Shown here piece by piece: positions 47,501 to 60,600 of a stretch of 64,000 nucleotides of DNA (the first letter of the stretch is position 1; each line of letters starts with the position of its first letter). Source of the stretch: Gracilinanus agilis (taxonomy: Eukaryota); the NCBI RefSeq assembly GCF_016433145.1, contig NC_058131.1, forward strand, positions 648,134,729-648,198,728, written 5' to 3'. Below the pieces are notes generated by a model that was given only the letters and a program-made list of their open reading frames with translations, searched no databases and was not told where the DNA came from. The position numbers and the translations under genes are program-made.

Positions 47501-50392
47501 GTGCAGGTAATGGACTCCACTGTCCCTGATAGGAGGCTTTGATGAAAAGCCTTGTTACTCAGGGAAGAGTAAACAGGAATAAACCATCCCCAGAGCCCTT
47601 GGAAAAAGCTGACCGTTTGCCTCCTAGACTCTTTAAGTCTTTGTCTTAGAATCAGTATTGGTTCCAAAGCAGAAGAGTGGTAAGGGCCTGGGGTTTGGGG
47701 TTAAGTGCCTTGCCCAAGAAGTGTCTGCCCAATTTGAACTCAGGACCTCCTGTCTCTGGCCCTGGTTCTCTATCCACTAGCTGCCCCACCTCCTAGATTC
47801 TTCATTCCATAAAGGAAAAAAAAAATGGCTAATGCCCCCAAACCCTTTCCATATCTCTTAGCAACACTTAGGTATACATACTCACACTACCCACTGCTGT
47901 TAAGTCATGCTCAGATACTGGGTTTTGAAACAAATTCCCTAGAGCAAAAACAGTTATTTGTGTTCTGTAGCAGACCATGCTGTCCTCAGACTAATTAGAA
48001 AGTCTGAGCCAGATGAAAAGGGATTTAGTAGATTTTTCACAACTAGAAACAAGCCAAGTTCCATCCCCAGCCCTTGCTGGTCCATTTGGAAGCATCTTGA
48101 GAGACAAGGCCTAGGGGTGGATTCCACACTTTATGTCCTTGCTTCCTGGTTCCATAGAAGAAACATCAGACATGGAATAAATGATCTTGGCTGGCCAGAA
48201 TTCAATCTAAAAGCCGAGTCTCAGAATTGCAAAATCTTAAAGCTCATCTAGTCCAACTCCTCCCCGAACAAGAGAAGTTTTGATGGGCATATGCCCGCCC
48301 AAGTAAAGAGCTATCATGTGGAGGAGGTATGAGTTTTGTTTTTGGTCTCAGGGGATAGAACCAAGACCAATGGATGAAAGCTAGAAGCCAGTGTTCAGCT
48401 TGATATAAATAAGGAGAAGCTCCCCATTGTATGAACTAGTTCATAAGTAGAATGGACTAGTCTTGGAAATCAAATTCTCTATTGCCAAAAATCTTAAACC
48501 TTTTCTACACGGTAGTCCTTTATTTGGGCAGATGTGTGTCCACCAAGACCTCTCTTATTCAGGCTCATCATGGTCCATCAACAGTATTGATGTACCAAAA
48601 TAAAGACACAAATTCTCTGGAACCATGGTATGAAAAGAAATAATCCACCCCTCTTGAGATTCAAGGCTCTTGTTGGTAATGAATTTTGAGTAATAAATCC
48701 TTTGGGCTTGGGTCCGAGATGGCATTTAGATCCAGCTTACCCCTACCACCAATCATTGAGTCAGACCCAAGCCCATTATTCTCAGAGCACATGCTCCAGA
48801 GTCTGGATGGTTAATGTAGCAGATCTTAAGTTCCTAAGAATTTGGCACACATGGTAGAATTCATCAACATGGATGCTCTTTGTATGTCTTCCTTGATAAT
48901 AAAATGATTAATCTTGTCATTTTCTTCTTTGTATTTGGAGGAGGATGCAGTTAATTGTTCATTTTGAATCTTTTAAAATTATTAAGTTAGATTTAGATTG
49001 AGAATCAAGTACTGGGTGTGATCTGAGAGAAGAGCTGGTTGGGAAAACTGGGCAGAATGGGGTAGATTTTATAAGGATTTCTTGTGTTTACAGTGGAGCT
49101 AGGGCTTACTGTTTTAAGTGTTCTTTGTGAAACATTGCAAGGAATGTATATGCCAGTGCCTTGTTCGTTTCCTCTTAGCTCAGTGGCACTGGCCCTAGGG
49201 GCTCTGACTGTATGGCATGCTGTCCTCATTAGCCGAGGGGAGACCAGTATTGAGAGGCACATCAACAAGAAGGAAAGGCATCGGCTCTCTGCAAAGGGCA
49301 AAGTGAGTCCAGGGTGAGAAAGAACGGAGGTGGGGGTGGGGGTTATCCACCAGTCTTGGCTGAGACTTTGAATCTAAAAGTGAGTTACAGGGATATGGGA
49401 AAGGGACACAAGTGGACTTCTGGACACACAAGACCTTCCTTTGATACAGGTATTCAGGAATCCTTATAACTATGGCTGCTTAGACAACTGGAAGGTATTC
49501 CTTGGTGTAAACACAAGAAGGTAAAGAATGAAACATCACAAACCCTCAGGGGAGGGGAAAGGAGCCCATTCACTGAGGTGTTACCTGTTATAACTGAGGG
49601 CTATGACTTAAAATTCTCCTGCCTTAGATAAGGAGGGCAGGTGGTGGCTTCCCAGGCTATAGTAACTTTGGAGAATGTTTATTAATAGGACAGAAAGGAA
49701 GTCTCTGAGTAGGTCTATAATATACGGATACAGTATGTGCCAGGGCTTGCTTTAGATCAGTGGTTCCCAAACTTTTTTGGCCTACTGCCCCCTTTCCAGA
49801 AAAAATATTACTTAGCTCCCCCTTATAGTTATTCACCACCCCCAAATGCACCTGTGGCCATCACCGCCCCCCTGGATCGCTGTAGCGCCTACTTTGGGAA
49901 TCACTGCTTTAGATCTTTAGGCTCGGAATCTAAGGCAGGGCCCCTCAGGGACAAGTAAATTAAGTTGCTCTTTCTTGGCCAAAGCCCCCTCCCCTTGTTG
50001 CTCTGTGCACAATTTAGTTCTATAAGAGGACAGGTTTTCTCTCTACTTTCCCGCTACTGTCCTGATCCTTTCTCATTTATTCATGACTCCAGTGATATAT
50101 ATGGAGATGGCTAGCTCCTCTGATGGCATGGATTTATTGTGGCACATTGTTATGTTGGTGCATGTTTGGGGATTGGTATGGGAGGAGAGAGCTTATATCC
50201 AAGACTTGGAATAGCACTGATGTTGATGGAGACCTAGAGTCCTTCCCAAGAACTCATTTTGTCATCTTCTCTTGCAGGCACTGGCTGACTCGTGTCCTGT
50301 TGCCTTCCAGTCATCTGCCCTATGGGAATGGGATGACCTGGGACCCCCCTCCCTATGTGATAACACCCCCAGACTCTGTACTGGCTGTGTGA
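44265..50392 (+). CDS. ZDHHC16: Palmitoyltransferase ZDHHC16, complete spliced CDS (377 aa)
   Basis: join(44265..44507,44714..44908,45101..45189,45353..45381,46150..46283,46433..46480,47421..47506,49179..49302,49450..49520,50278..50392); 1134 nt; DHHC Cys-rich domain CKKC..[25 protein letters not shown]. Confidence 0.97.
44714..44908 (+). CDS. ZDHHC16: ZDHHC16 coding exon 2
   Basis: VFVALVIVLTSSIVV...ITTPPGYPPQ. Confidence 0.96.
45101..45189 (+). CDS. ZDHHC16: ZDHHC16 coding exon 3
   Basis: AKTDLATVSICKKCIYPKPARTHHCSICN. Confidence 0.96.
45353..45381 (+). CDS. ZDHHC16: ZDHHC16 coding exon 4 (DHHC motif)
   Basis: CVLKMDHHC, 29 nt, followed by GTATCCTTT. Confidence 0.95.
45382..46149 (+). 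other. ZDHHC16: U12-type GT-AG intron directly after the DHHC codons
   Basis: 5' site GTATCCTTT 45382-45390; branch-like TCCTTAAG 46129-46136 and TCCTTAC 46137-46143; AG at 46148-46149. Confidence 0.9.
46150..46283 (+). CDS. ZDHHC16: ZDHHC16 coding exon 5
   Basis: WLNNCVGHYNHRYFFSFCFFMTLG...EAYAALE. Confidence 0.96.
46433..46480 (+). CDS. ZDHHC16: ZDHHC16 coding exon 6 (48-nt symmetric exon)
   Basis: KMKQLDRNKLQVAANQ. Confidence 0.9.
47421..47506 (+). CDS. ZDHHC16: ZDHHC16 coding exon 7
   Basis: TYHQTPPPAFSFRERMTHKSLVYLWFLC. Confidence 0.95.
47625..47790 (-). mobile_element. SINE1-like element
   Basis: Matches the other copies. Confidence 0.8.
49179..49302 (+). CDS. ZDHHC16: ZDHHC16 coding exon 8
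   Basis: SVALALGALTVWHAVLISRGETSIERHINKKERHRLSAKGK. Confidence 0.96.
49450..49520 (+). CDS. ZDHHC16: ZDHHC16 coding exon 9
   Basis: VFRNPYNYGCLDNWKVFLGVNTR. Confidence 0.95.
49758..49906 (-). mobile_element. 149-bp MITE of the same hAT family as 37496-38083
   Basis: Same TIRs; perfect 8-bp TSD CTTTAGAT at 49750-49757 and 49907-49914. Confidence 0.93.
50278..50392 (+). CDS. ZDHHC16: ZDHHC16 coding exon 10
   Basis: HWLTRVLLPSSHLPYGNGMTWDPPPYVITPPDSVLAV-TGA. Confidence 0.95.
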
Positions 50393-50892
50393 ACTGGGCT
50401 ATGGGTACATACAGCCTCCAAGGCTAGTCCTACCTCCTCTATGGTCTCAAGGGACTGGAGATCTCTTTCAACCTAGAACAAGGTTTGGGTAGATCTCTCT
50501 TTGGAACCACAAAACAAAAGAAATCTATCACACAGAATGTTAGGGGATCAACCTTTGGGCATTAGATAGGCAGTGTAACATGGAAAACTCTAGGGCTAAA
50601 GTCCCTTTCACTCAGGCTAACAAGTTCCAGTATCCATGTTGCCAGGATTCTAGATGGAGGTAGAGCCTGTGCCCAAACTAAAACTGTTAAAAGAGACTCA
50701 GATCTGGGTTATAGCATTGGTATTGTGTACCACCACCCCACCCCCTACCAAAACGTGTGAGAAGAAAATGGAAAAAGACCTTCGAAGACAGAAGTAGATC
50801 CCTGGGTTCTTAAGATGAAGGAAAAGGGGGTGAAGGGGTACCAGGGCTTTTACTGAGGTCACTGCCACTTTTCACACTCTGCTTACTGCAGA

Positions 50893-50898
50893 AATAAA
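50893..50898 (+). terminator. ZDHHC16: ZDHHC16 polyadenylation signal
   Basis: AATAAA about 500 nt after the stop. Confidence 0.7.
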
Positions 50899-51191
50899 GG
50901 TATTTCATTTTGTAAAGACCTAACTGGATGCTGTTCTTCCCCTTTTACTACACTGTAGTAGAGAAGAGAGTAGAGCTGTGAAGCCTCCATGGTGGGAACA
51001 GCTCATGGTCTCAAGGAGGAAGTGCCTCAGCTATTAGTTGCTATTGATGGCACTAAGTTCATTCACTAACCCCTCCCCCCAGACATTTCTTCTTCCACTC
51101 TTCCTAAGAAAAGAGAACTAATTGGCTTTGTGGGACCTGGGCTGGGGGTGGCTGACAGATTCCTGTACTGGCCATATAACCAAAAGATGTC

Positions 51192-51197
51192 TTTATT
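51192..51197 (-). terminator. MMS19: MMS19 polyadenylation signal
   Basis: AATAAA on minus strand about 385 nt after the stop. Confidence 0.7.
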
Positions 51198-51581
51198 CTC
51201 TAGCAGGGACACACACAACATACAAAGTCTTTGAGGCCCTTAGGGCCAATCACTCACATTCATTCCTCAGTAGGGTGCCCAGGAATCTCCTTTACCCTCA
51301 TAAAACTTTTCCCTCTTCATCCTGTAGCCTCCACCCAGCCAGGGTCTCTTCTTGCCAAAACACTCACATGGCCTCACACAAGTCACTGCACAGTATCCAC
51401 TAGCATTGAGGAATACTGTGTTCCTTGTACGGCCATGCAGCACCGGATGGAGCCCACAGCTGGGAGGGTGCCAATGATCTCCCCTCCCTGGGCAGGGCCC
51501 ATTCACTAGGAAGACGGCTTGATGGGTCAGTGACTCTGGATCAGATTGTCTGTCAGTGTTGTTAGGCAAAAGGCCATGACC

Positions 51582-51609
51582 TCAGCTGCCTGGACTCCCC
51601 AGGAGAAAC
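51582..51609 (-). CDS. MMS19: MMS19 exon 31 (last coding)
   Basis: (W)FLLGSPGS-TGA. Confidence 0.95.
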
Positions 51610-54600
51610 CTGTGGAGTATGAGATGGCACAGCGTTAGTGTGGAGCTGGTCTTGGGCCCCAAGTCTCCCTTTCCCCCAACCCTTACCATGCTCCCCTGGC
51701 TGTCACTGCTTCTCTGCGCACCAGCCTCTTTTTGTCATCCAGGGGCTTAGCCAATGCCCGGATCACCTGCATTTTGTAGGGCAGCAGCTGTGGAAGGACA
51801 GAGGCCTGTCACAAAGGATCTAGCTCTCTTACCAACGGATTTAGATAAGGAAGGAATTCTCTTTTTGACTGCAGAACTGGTTTCCTAGGAAGATGAGGAT
51901 AAATCCTACTCCTTCTTAGAAGTCCCTGACTGCTCTGAGGGGGCTAGAGTGGAAACCCTGCTCTGACAGGTTCTTAGTATTCTCAAGTATAAGGCTCAGG
52001 ATTCCTGGGTGGGTTCCATTTTCCATCTCATTAGTGACCTGTGTCCACTGTTGGTCATCCCCTTTGAAATGGGTATCATAGGCCCTTACCACAGGAGTCG
52101 GCAGCCTGGTGAGCGCATGCACACACTGTAGTGCAGCGATCCGAACAGCCTGGAAGAGACACGAGGAGATGCAGTTCAGGATGAAGTAGGAAGAGGGCTC
52201 TTGGTCAGGAAGAACACTGGGAACGTACTCACCATTGAAGGGCTACAACTGAGATTTAGGAACTTGGTGACGAGGGTGTTGATGTGAAGGCTCATGACTT
52301 GTGGTGCATCCAGCAGAAGAGGCTGAAGGCAGCTGAGGGTGGAGAGCTGCACCACACAATCTGTGCATGATAAGGCCTCGAGCAACAGGGAGAGTAACTA
52401 AGGGGCAACAGAACAGGTCAGAGGGAGAGGCCTCCAGACGCCCCTTTCTGCCCTCCATTCCACTAAGGCTAGGGGACTCACTGTTGGTAACTCTGGAAGA
52501 AGCACAGGTTTCGGCAGGCTGTTGAGTACGTGAGACAGACCCTTTAGGTAGTTGGGTTTCACACCTGCAAGACAGAGAAGATGACTTGGGAATTTCTGGG
52601 CCAGAAGACTAGAGCTGGCTCCAACCCACCACCTGGCCAGGAAGAGGGGAAAAAGCACTCACTTTGGTGAGCAGCGTGGAAGCCCTGGACCAGGGCAGGC
52701 ACACTATCTGTGAAGAAACGCTGACGAAACATGATGCGTATCTCAGCGTGGCCAGCTCGGTGCAGCACATCTGGGCAGTCAGCCATCAGCAGGGAGAAGC
52801 CATCGGCTGCTGCGGGGCCCAATTCAGCATCATTCAGAAGGCCCATCAGCTAGAGAAACCCAATGTTTTTGAGTCAAGAGTCAGGAAGAAAGGTGGTCAA
52901 TGTAGGGCGCTCTTGAAGACACTTGTCTTACCCGGTCTGTGAGGCAGGAGCTGAGAGGGTGATACCTGAGCACTAAAGCCTTTGTCACCTGTGAAGCAGA
53001 GAAACTCAGTGATTCCTGAACCAACCTTTCTGTACCACTGTGGCCTTGGAGAAAGCCCCACCTGGGAGACTCTACCCACTACACCCATTCTTTTCTCTTA
53101 CCCAAAGGAGCAGTGTGAAGGCCTGGGTACGATGGGAGCCTGGGCTCAGGCCAGCCTCCACTTTTTCCATAGCTTTCTGTAGAAATTCATCTAGCTGTTG
53201 CCCTAGAAGGGGGGAGGGAGGAGAAGGGAACAATGAAGTGTTGGCCATCTAGTGTCTCACCTCATACCTCACCTGATGCCTTATACAAAGTTGTCTCCCC
53301 AAGAAGTCTTGTCAGTACCCAGCACTATTGCTCAGGGCCAGACGGCTAAGACTCTATGGCCCAGAGGAGCTCCTAACTGGAACAAACTGTATTAAAGGAA
53401 CTAAAACAGGAGTCTTAACCTGGAGTCAAAGGCCCATGGATGTTGGGGTTGGAGTGGCACTTGGAAGGGAGGGAAACACTACATCTTTATTTCAATATAT
53501 TTGACTTCCTTTGTAATCTCAACTATTTAGTTCTTGTATTTAAAAACAGTCTCCTGCAGTGAGATCCATAGGCTCTACCATCCTCCCAAAGTTTGGTCCA
53601 AGACAAAAAAAAAAAGGTTAATAATCTCTTGGCCAGATTCAACTGGGAGAGACTTTGAAAGGGGCCGAAGACTGAACTGATGATTCTATTTGTCGCTGCT
53701 TCAGGGAGGCTCTTCCTTCTTCCCCCCATGAGTCTACCCTGACCCCAGTACCTGCTGGGTGTTTGTTGAGTAGCCCTGCAAAACACTTGGCGGCGGCAGT
53801 GCAGGAGAAGAGAACATCGTGGTGGCAGCTCAGAGTCAGCAACTCTTGCATAAGCCTGTCTAGCTGAGGTATCTCCACCTGCAGAGAGCCCAGGTTAATA
53901 CCACAGGCCCAGGAATACTTAGCAAGGAATGGCTGCAAAAGCCAGGATGAGTAGGAATTATACACGAACATCAGTGAAGAGAAAGCTTCTGGACCAGCTT
54001 TAACTATAGCAACATTTCCACCCCAAAGCCTTTCTGGGCTTTGCTTCCCCTGGAACAGGGCTAAATCCTGTGCCCCCAACATCACATTCACTTACATTCC
54101 TGGGCAGAGAGCAAACAAAGGCCATGAGAAGTGCAACCAGCCGCTTCTGTTCTGAGGAACTATTCTACAAAGGAAGGAGAAACTCACTGTCCTCATGCTG
54201 AGACTCCACATATTCCCAATGCTGAACTCTTTCACCCATCTAGATTAGCCCAGAACATAATACAACACATCCTGGGCTCCTGTTCTGTGTCCTGCTAGCC
54301 CCTTACCTGGAATGGGAGAAACTTGCTGGGGAAGCTGTTTTCAGAGAGAAAGGATATGTTGCCATCCAGAAAAAGGGGTACAATAAGGGCGACACTTTGA
54401 GCAGCTAGCCTGGAGACAAAATACTGGGTATTATCATGGAGTGAAGGTTAGCAATATGGCTCTCTGGTACTTAGTTTAACCCAGACAGGAAATCCTGAAG
54501 ATCTTCTCCCCTTTTCGGTCAAAAATGCTATCCCAAGTTGACTGGTCTGCATATATTCAAGTCTGGACATAAGGCTAGACTAAAAGGCCAAGTTTTCTCC

Positions 54601-57600
54601 TAGAGACAACATCCACATTAGGATGAAGCCCATTTCCTTGAGGGAAGTGACTTCACTTATCCAACTCACTCAGGACTCAGGTGGGTGCTGGCTGTGCTGA
54701 TGACAGACACCATGGCTGCTAAGACATCCTCCTCTAACAGCAGCTTCCCAAGATTGGGAACGTCTTTCTCTGCAAGAGCAATACAGGCCTCAGGGATACA
54801 AATGACAAAGGCACTATATGGAGCGATAACTTTAGTACAAAGTCTCCAGCTACATCTATGAATTTTCTCCCACCTAGTACTATAAATCTTAGGAGCCAAA
54901 AGAAAAAGACTAAATTAAGCCAAGTATTACACTTTCTAGAGCCATCAATTTTCTTGATGCCATGATTAAGAATATGTCTTTGTACCTAGAATGAACCTTT
55001 GAGGATATCTGATCTCATCTCATTTTATAGTTTGGCAAATGAAGTCACAAGCTAGAGGTCCCCAAATTCACTGGGGCAAACTCAAGTAGAAAAGGGGCCA
55101 CTAAGTCAGCAAGCCACAGAGCAATACAATCTCTTTGGTCCATTTTTTGGTATTCATTTTGTTTAATATTTTCCAATTACTTTTTAATCTGACTAGGGGC
55201 CTCCTTGGGAGTGTTGCCAGAAGTGTATGTGACATCCCTACTCTAAATAACCAAAAATAGAGAAAGAAAAACAACACACGATAAGTTTGAAAGGAAAACT
55301 CAGTGTAGTTCTTGGTCACACTGTTGGCACTAATCCCCTCTGGAGCCCCAAAGCAAAGACAAGTTCTACCTAGAAGACAACTGCTAACTCTAACTGATCC
55401 TAGGTGGTGAATGAGTGGACTTGGGTCAATTCCCAGCTCTGCTGTTTGTGCTCCGAGCACATCAGGCCTTTCTAGCTCCAGACTCTCAACATCCTGTGAT
55501 GGTGCAATCACCAGCCAGAGCCCAAGGCTGCCATACTGGCTCTCCCCACAGGGGGGCAGTGCTGGGTCATACTACAGGTCATAGTGGGGCCAAAGGAGAG
55601 AAGGGGAGGGGGAAAGCTGGGTCACCTGGCATGGCAGCCTGCACAGCCAGGGCAAGCAGGCAGGGTACAGCTGTCTGGTGGAAGTACCAGCAACTCTCGG
55701 GCTCCTGCTGGCACTGCCCGGCCACCAGATGGAGACTCCGGCACACGGCAATCACCTCACTGGAGTCTGCCTTGTCGCCTGTGAAAAAAGGAAAAGTCAA
55801 GTCAGCCTCCTTCTGCCTAAAATGTTCCCAGCAGCCTGTAGAGCAGGGACCACTCGGATGCGACCCCCCCAGTGTGACCAGTCACCTCTGTGCGCGTGGC
55901 GGAGATGCTGTAACAGCACAGGCAGGGTCTCCCTGACAATGCTGGGGTGCGTTGAGACAGCCGACAGGGCCTGGAGACAGCGCAAGCGTCTGGCTCGGCG
56001 TGAGGGGCCCTCCCCACCGGCCCACTGCAGATCCCCTGGTAAGGGTGACATACGGGGAGAGATTCAATTGCCTGATGGATATCCTGGGGGCAGGGAGGAG
56101 AGGGACGGGGCCTTGGACTGTCATGAGCTTGAAGGACTCCCCCATTCACCTCCTGGCCCTCTTCCCGCTTGTGGCCTGGGGCCCACGGACCACACACCTG
56201 TACGAAGCTCCTCTGCCAGCCGGGGTACCAGATGGCTAATGAAGACTGTGGGATAGAGGGTGGCCAGCGTCCCTGATGCTTCCATTGCTGCCAAACTGCC
56301 AGGAGCACAGGAGGAACATCAGCTGAGGCTTGGCACTGAGGAGCAACATGACCACCAGGGCCAGGGGGAGGGCACCTTCAAACTGAGGACTATCATTTGG
56401 GAGGACCTGGCTAGGAGGCCTGCAAAGAGCTGGCCCAATCCTGCCCTGGCACTAGTCACAGCCTCTAAGTAGGAGTCTGCTCCACCTGCCAGGCCTCTCT
56501 CAAATCCAAAGGAGGTAATCGGCATGTGACAGTACTAAACTCTCTGCTGGGACCAGACTAAATGGCCTCTACATCACTCACAGCTCCAGGAAAGTTTCTG
56601 CAGCCAGGGCCAACCTCAGGCCTTTGACTCCAAGGCTAAGAGAGGGAAAGAGGCAGTCGGGAGAGCCCAGGTCACCCTCTGAGCTTGAGGGCTTTCTGAG
56701 GCTCCTCTGGTCCTGATACTGTCAGCACTGGAATGCGCCTAAGGATGGCCGAGGTCCAATTTCTTACCAGCTCTGGGAATCCTCCTCCAGGAAGCTCAGC
56801 CTATAGAGATGATCAATCGCCACCTCTAGGTCTTCAGAAGACAGCAGGCCTGAAATCAGAGGGGACACTCAGCTTCTTTTCCTCCGAGGTCCCTCCAAAC
56901 ATTCCTCAGAGAAACAAAAGCCAGAGATAGCGTAGATGGAAGCCTGCTGTGTACTAGAGCCCTGGAAGAAGATGGCCATCCCCATGATCTTTCCTCATTC
57001 CTCTGAAATGTACCTGGCTGGCCACCCAAAACGGTAAGGGCACGGATGCCAACTAGCTGCAGTTGCGTACTGGGATCTGCCAGGGCCAAAGAGATCAAGG
57101 AGCACAGCGGGGCCTTGAACCCACTCAGAGGTATTTCATCTGTGGAGGCAGAACCAAAGACATTTAGAGTTGGTCAGAAAAAAAAAATAAGCAAAGGCCT
57201 TGAACCCCACAACATGCTAGTCTGGGGTGGCACAATTTTAATTATAACATTATGGAGGTTGGGGGGAGGAGGGTGATGAGGGTGACTAGGAATCTAGGAA
57301 ACTCAATGGAAAAAATACATCCCTCCTGCCAGGTTGCCTGCAGAGTAGTGGTACCACTGGGGCAAAGAAGATCCATCTCACCTTTGTCCTCATTTCCCCA
57401 CTTCTGCTGTAGCTTTAAGAAACCCAAAAGCATCTCTAGAATTGTCCGCCTCTGGCTGCTCTACAAAGTAATAAAGGAAACTGAAGTCAAAGGTTATTTT
57501 TAAGGAAAGGCAAGAGAAACTGGGGGACCCTAATCCCCCCAGCCCCTGTGGTCTCCTTCCCATTCCCTTACCTGGCTGTGCTGGTTGAACTGTTCCAGCA

Positions 57601-60600
57601 GCAAGGGGATCACAGTGCTGGTGATGCGGTCACAGGCCCTAGCGGACGCCCCTGAAGCTGCCTGCAGCAGCTTGGCACTGGGCCATACCAGCTTCATGTC
57701 GGGTTCACATAGATGGTGCCTGCAGTCTGGAGAGGTAATGGCCCAGCCTAGAGGGGCAGCCACACGCTCCCCTATTCTCTAGCCCTTAACACTGGAGGAA
57801 AAGCAGGCAGTTTCCAGCCTCAGAAGCACCCCTATATGGAAGGGCTACACATGGAAAGCTGCTGGGCCCAGCCAGTGCCAGTGCCCCTGCCTCAGGGAAC
57901 TTCAGTGTGATGACCCCAGCTGCCCTTCCTTCTGACCCCATAGCCCAGTTACCCTCTAGGATACTGCTAAGGAAGGAGTCAAGGAGATCCTCTGCATCAG
58001 CCTCCAACACCGACCGAGACAAACATGCAGACAGGGAATGCAGGGCTGCCAGTCCTTCTGCCTCTACTCGTTCACTGGCTGTTTGGAATACCTGTCAGGG
58101 AAGGGGTCCCACAGTTGCTAAGAGGACCCTGCCCTGAACCAGAAATTCCCCACCCAACCTATTCCTCTCTCTTTCTAAGGAATTTAAAATTTCTTAGAAT
58201 CAATACTAAGTATTGGTTCCACAGCAGAAAAGCAGTGAGGGTAGGCAACTGGAGTTAAGTGACTTGTCCAGGGTCACACAGCTAGAAAGTGTCTGAGGTC
58301 AGGCTTGAACCTAGGACCTCTTGTATCCAGGCCTGACTTTCCATCCAGAGCCATCTTGCTGCTCCCCATGCAAACCTTTCAAATCAGTATTAGTATTTAG
58401 TATGTGCAAATGCTCCATGTTCTGATGTAGCAAAAGATCCAATGATCCTGGCCATGAAGAGGCCATATGATCCAACTTCCTCATATTATAGATCAAGAAT
58501 TATCAAGAATTTGCAGAGGTAAAGGGATTTGTCTATGATCATACAAATAATGGATGGAAAAACCAGGATTTGAACTTAGTCCTGACTCCAATTTTCACTG
58601 TTCCATCCAATGGTCCAATAAGCACAAAGTCTCATTGGAAATGCTTGGAACTACAGCTATCTGGGAACACCTTGCCCCAGGGCTTTTCTCTTTCTAACTG
58701 CTTGCTCATGCTAGCCCCATGACTTCTCCTCAAGGGAGTGTAGAAGGGGGAGCAAGAGCTCCGGAAGCAGTCCTCGTCACCAGGAAGCTCATGCCAATGT
58801 AGACACTCTACTGAGTGGGATGCCCTTCCCTAGGTTGTGAGGGCTAATGTACTGCCTTGACCCAGAGCAGCAAAAGAGAAAAGGCAAGTATGGCTTTTCT
58901 TCCAACCTGTCATAGTCCAAATTCTTATATTTGAAACCCATCCTTACTTCTGACTCTGCTTATTGCAAAGGTTCTCCCTTCCCTTCCCTGGATAAGTCAC
59001 CTCTCTACGGATGGAAGCCCACAGGCTTGGCAGGAAGTCCTTCAGCTCCTTCTGCCCATACACAGCACAGCAAGCATTCTGTGGGGAATGGCATGGATGT
59101 GAGCTGAGTGTAGCACGTAGTCCTGAGCCCTTTACAAGAAAACCTAGGCCCCCTGCCCCTGTAAACTAAGAGCCCACCCCCAAAGGGCCCAATGAATGGA
59201 AAAGCAGCCCAAACCGTTCTGCATTCTTTACTCCTTACAACTGGTCAAGATCCTGTTAAGCTGGGTACAAAAAAGGGCATCCCCTGAAAACCTCTACCTT
59301 CTGGGGTATTCCCTTATTACCACTGAGGTCCACCCTCATCTTCTTAGACTCTCACTCCCAAACTCCAAAGGGCAGGCAAATGTCAGTGGCAGAGGAATGT
59401 CTTTACCAGTGTCTGCAAGGAGTCCAGCTTGGCACTGAGCATCTCAGAGTCCACCTTTTCTATCAGCAGCGGCAGCAGGAACTATGGGAGAAGGGTCGGA
59501 AGGACTCTAATGCTCCAGGGCTCCAATCAAACCACAGGGACATGGTCCTATGTTATTAGCCTACTACATCAAAGCACTGTTCCCTGGTCATTAGGAATAG
59601 TCAGATCTTTATCACCTGGGATAGCATTGGGCTAACAGGACCCCCAGAAAAACTTCCACATAGGGTTGGGTATTTTGAAAATTCCAGAAGGGATATCAAT
59701 AACAAGTCCTGAGGGGACTTATGAAATGCCATTAATTTCTTTAGTATATGAAGACTATTTTCTTTCCCATGCTTTATGGCCTCACATCTTGCTCTTCCAT
59801 ATAATAACATGTTATAGCTTAACTAAATGAGACAATCAGAGTCCAGCATAGGGGCTATCTAGCTAGATTACATCAGGTTCTACTTTGGCCTCAAAACCCA
59901 CCTCGGCAAAACGGGGAGTAGAAGCCAGAACAGCACGAAGGCTCAGGATGAGATCTTCTCTCTGGATACCATGAGGGTCATTAGGTGGCTAGAGGAGTTA
60001 GAAAAGCTATGAGTTTGCACAACTACTCCTCCCTTTCAAACATAATCCTAAGCCTAAAACTCTCTAACCTACCTTGATTAAACCCAAAACTTACCTCAAA
60101 GAGATCTAAGGCACTAGCATATGGAAGAGAGAGGTCTTCTTTTCCTGATCCCTTAAGGATCTTCAAGATTATTAGTTCCCATTATATCCAGATCTACTGG
60201 GGCTTATTTTAAATAGTATTTTATTTTCTCCAAATTAAATGCAAACACAATTTTAAAAGTCATTTTCTTTAAGATTATGAGTTCCAAAATCTCTTCTTCT
60301 TTCCCATCCTCCCTCCCCCTTAAAAAAAAAAAAGAAAGAAAAAAAGGGAGTTAAGAGTTGTGTTGTTGGTAACATAAAACACTTCTCTCCAGTATGTAGG
60401 GTGTGGAGGGAGACCAAAGTTCCTCTTGGTGTCTTTTTACTTCCTAACCATTCCAAACTTGTTCTACCTCTCCTCCCTTTCATCTGCATAGCATGAAGCA
60501 CAATTTTAAACCCAGAAAATTCTTAATAAACACTTATTGAATCAAAATCTCCTCCACTCTCAAATGTTCCTACAATTCCCTATAAAGAGATACTCACTGG

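Noticed and set aside
48704-48774. 71-nt hairpin with 11-bp perfect outer stem (GGGCTTGGGTC/GACCCAAGCCC), pre-miRNA-sized
   Set aside because: The inner arms pair poorly, and one such stem is not unexpected by chance in 64 kb. No miRNA, snoRNA or SECIS motifs are evident.
55415-56308. Overlapping 160-190 aa ORFs
   Set aside because: Antisense or alternate frames of GC-rich MMS19 exons 17-19 with short introns.
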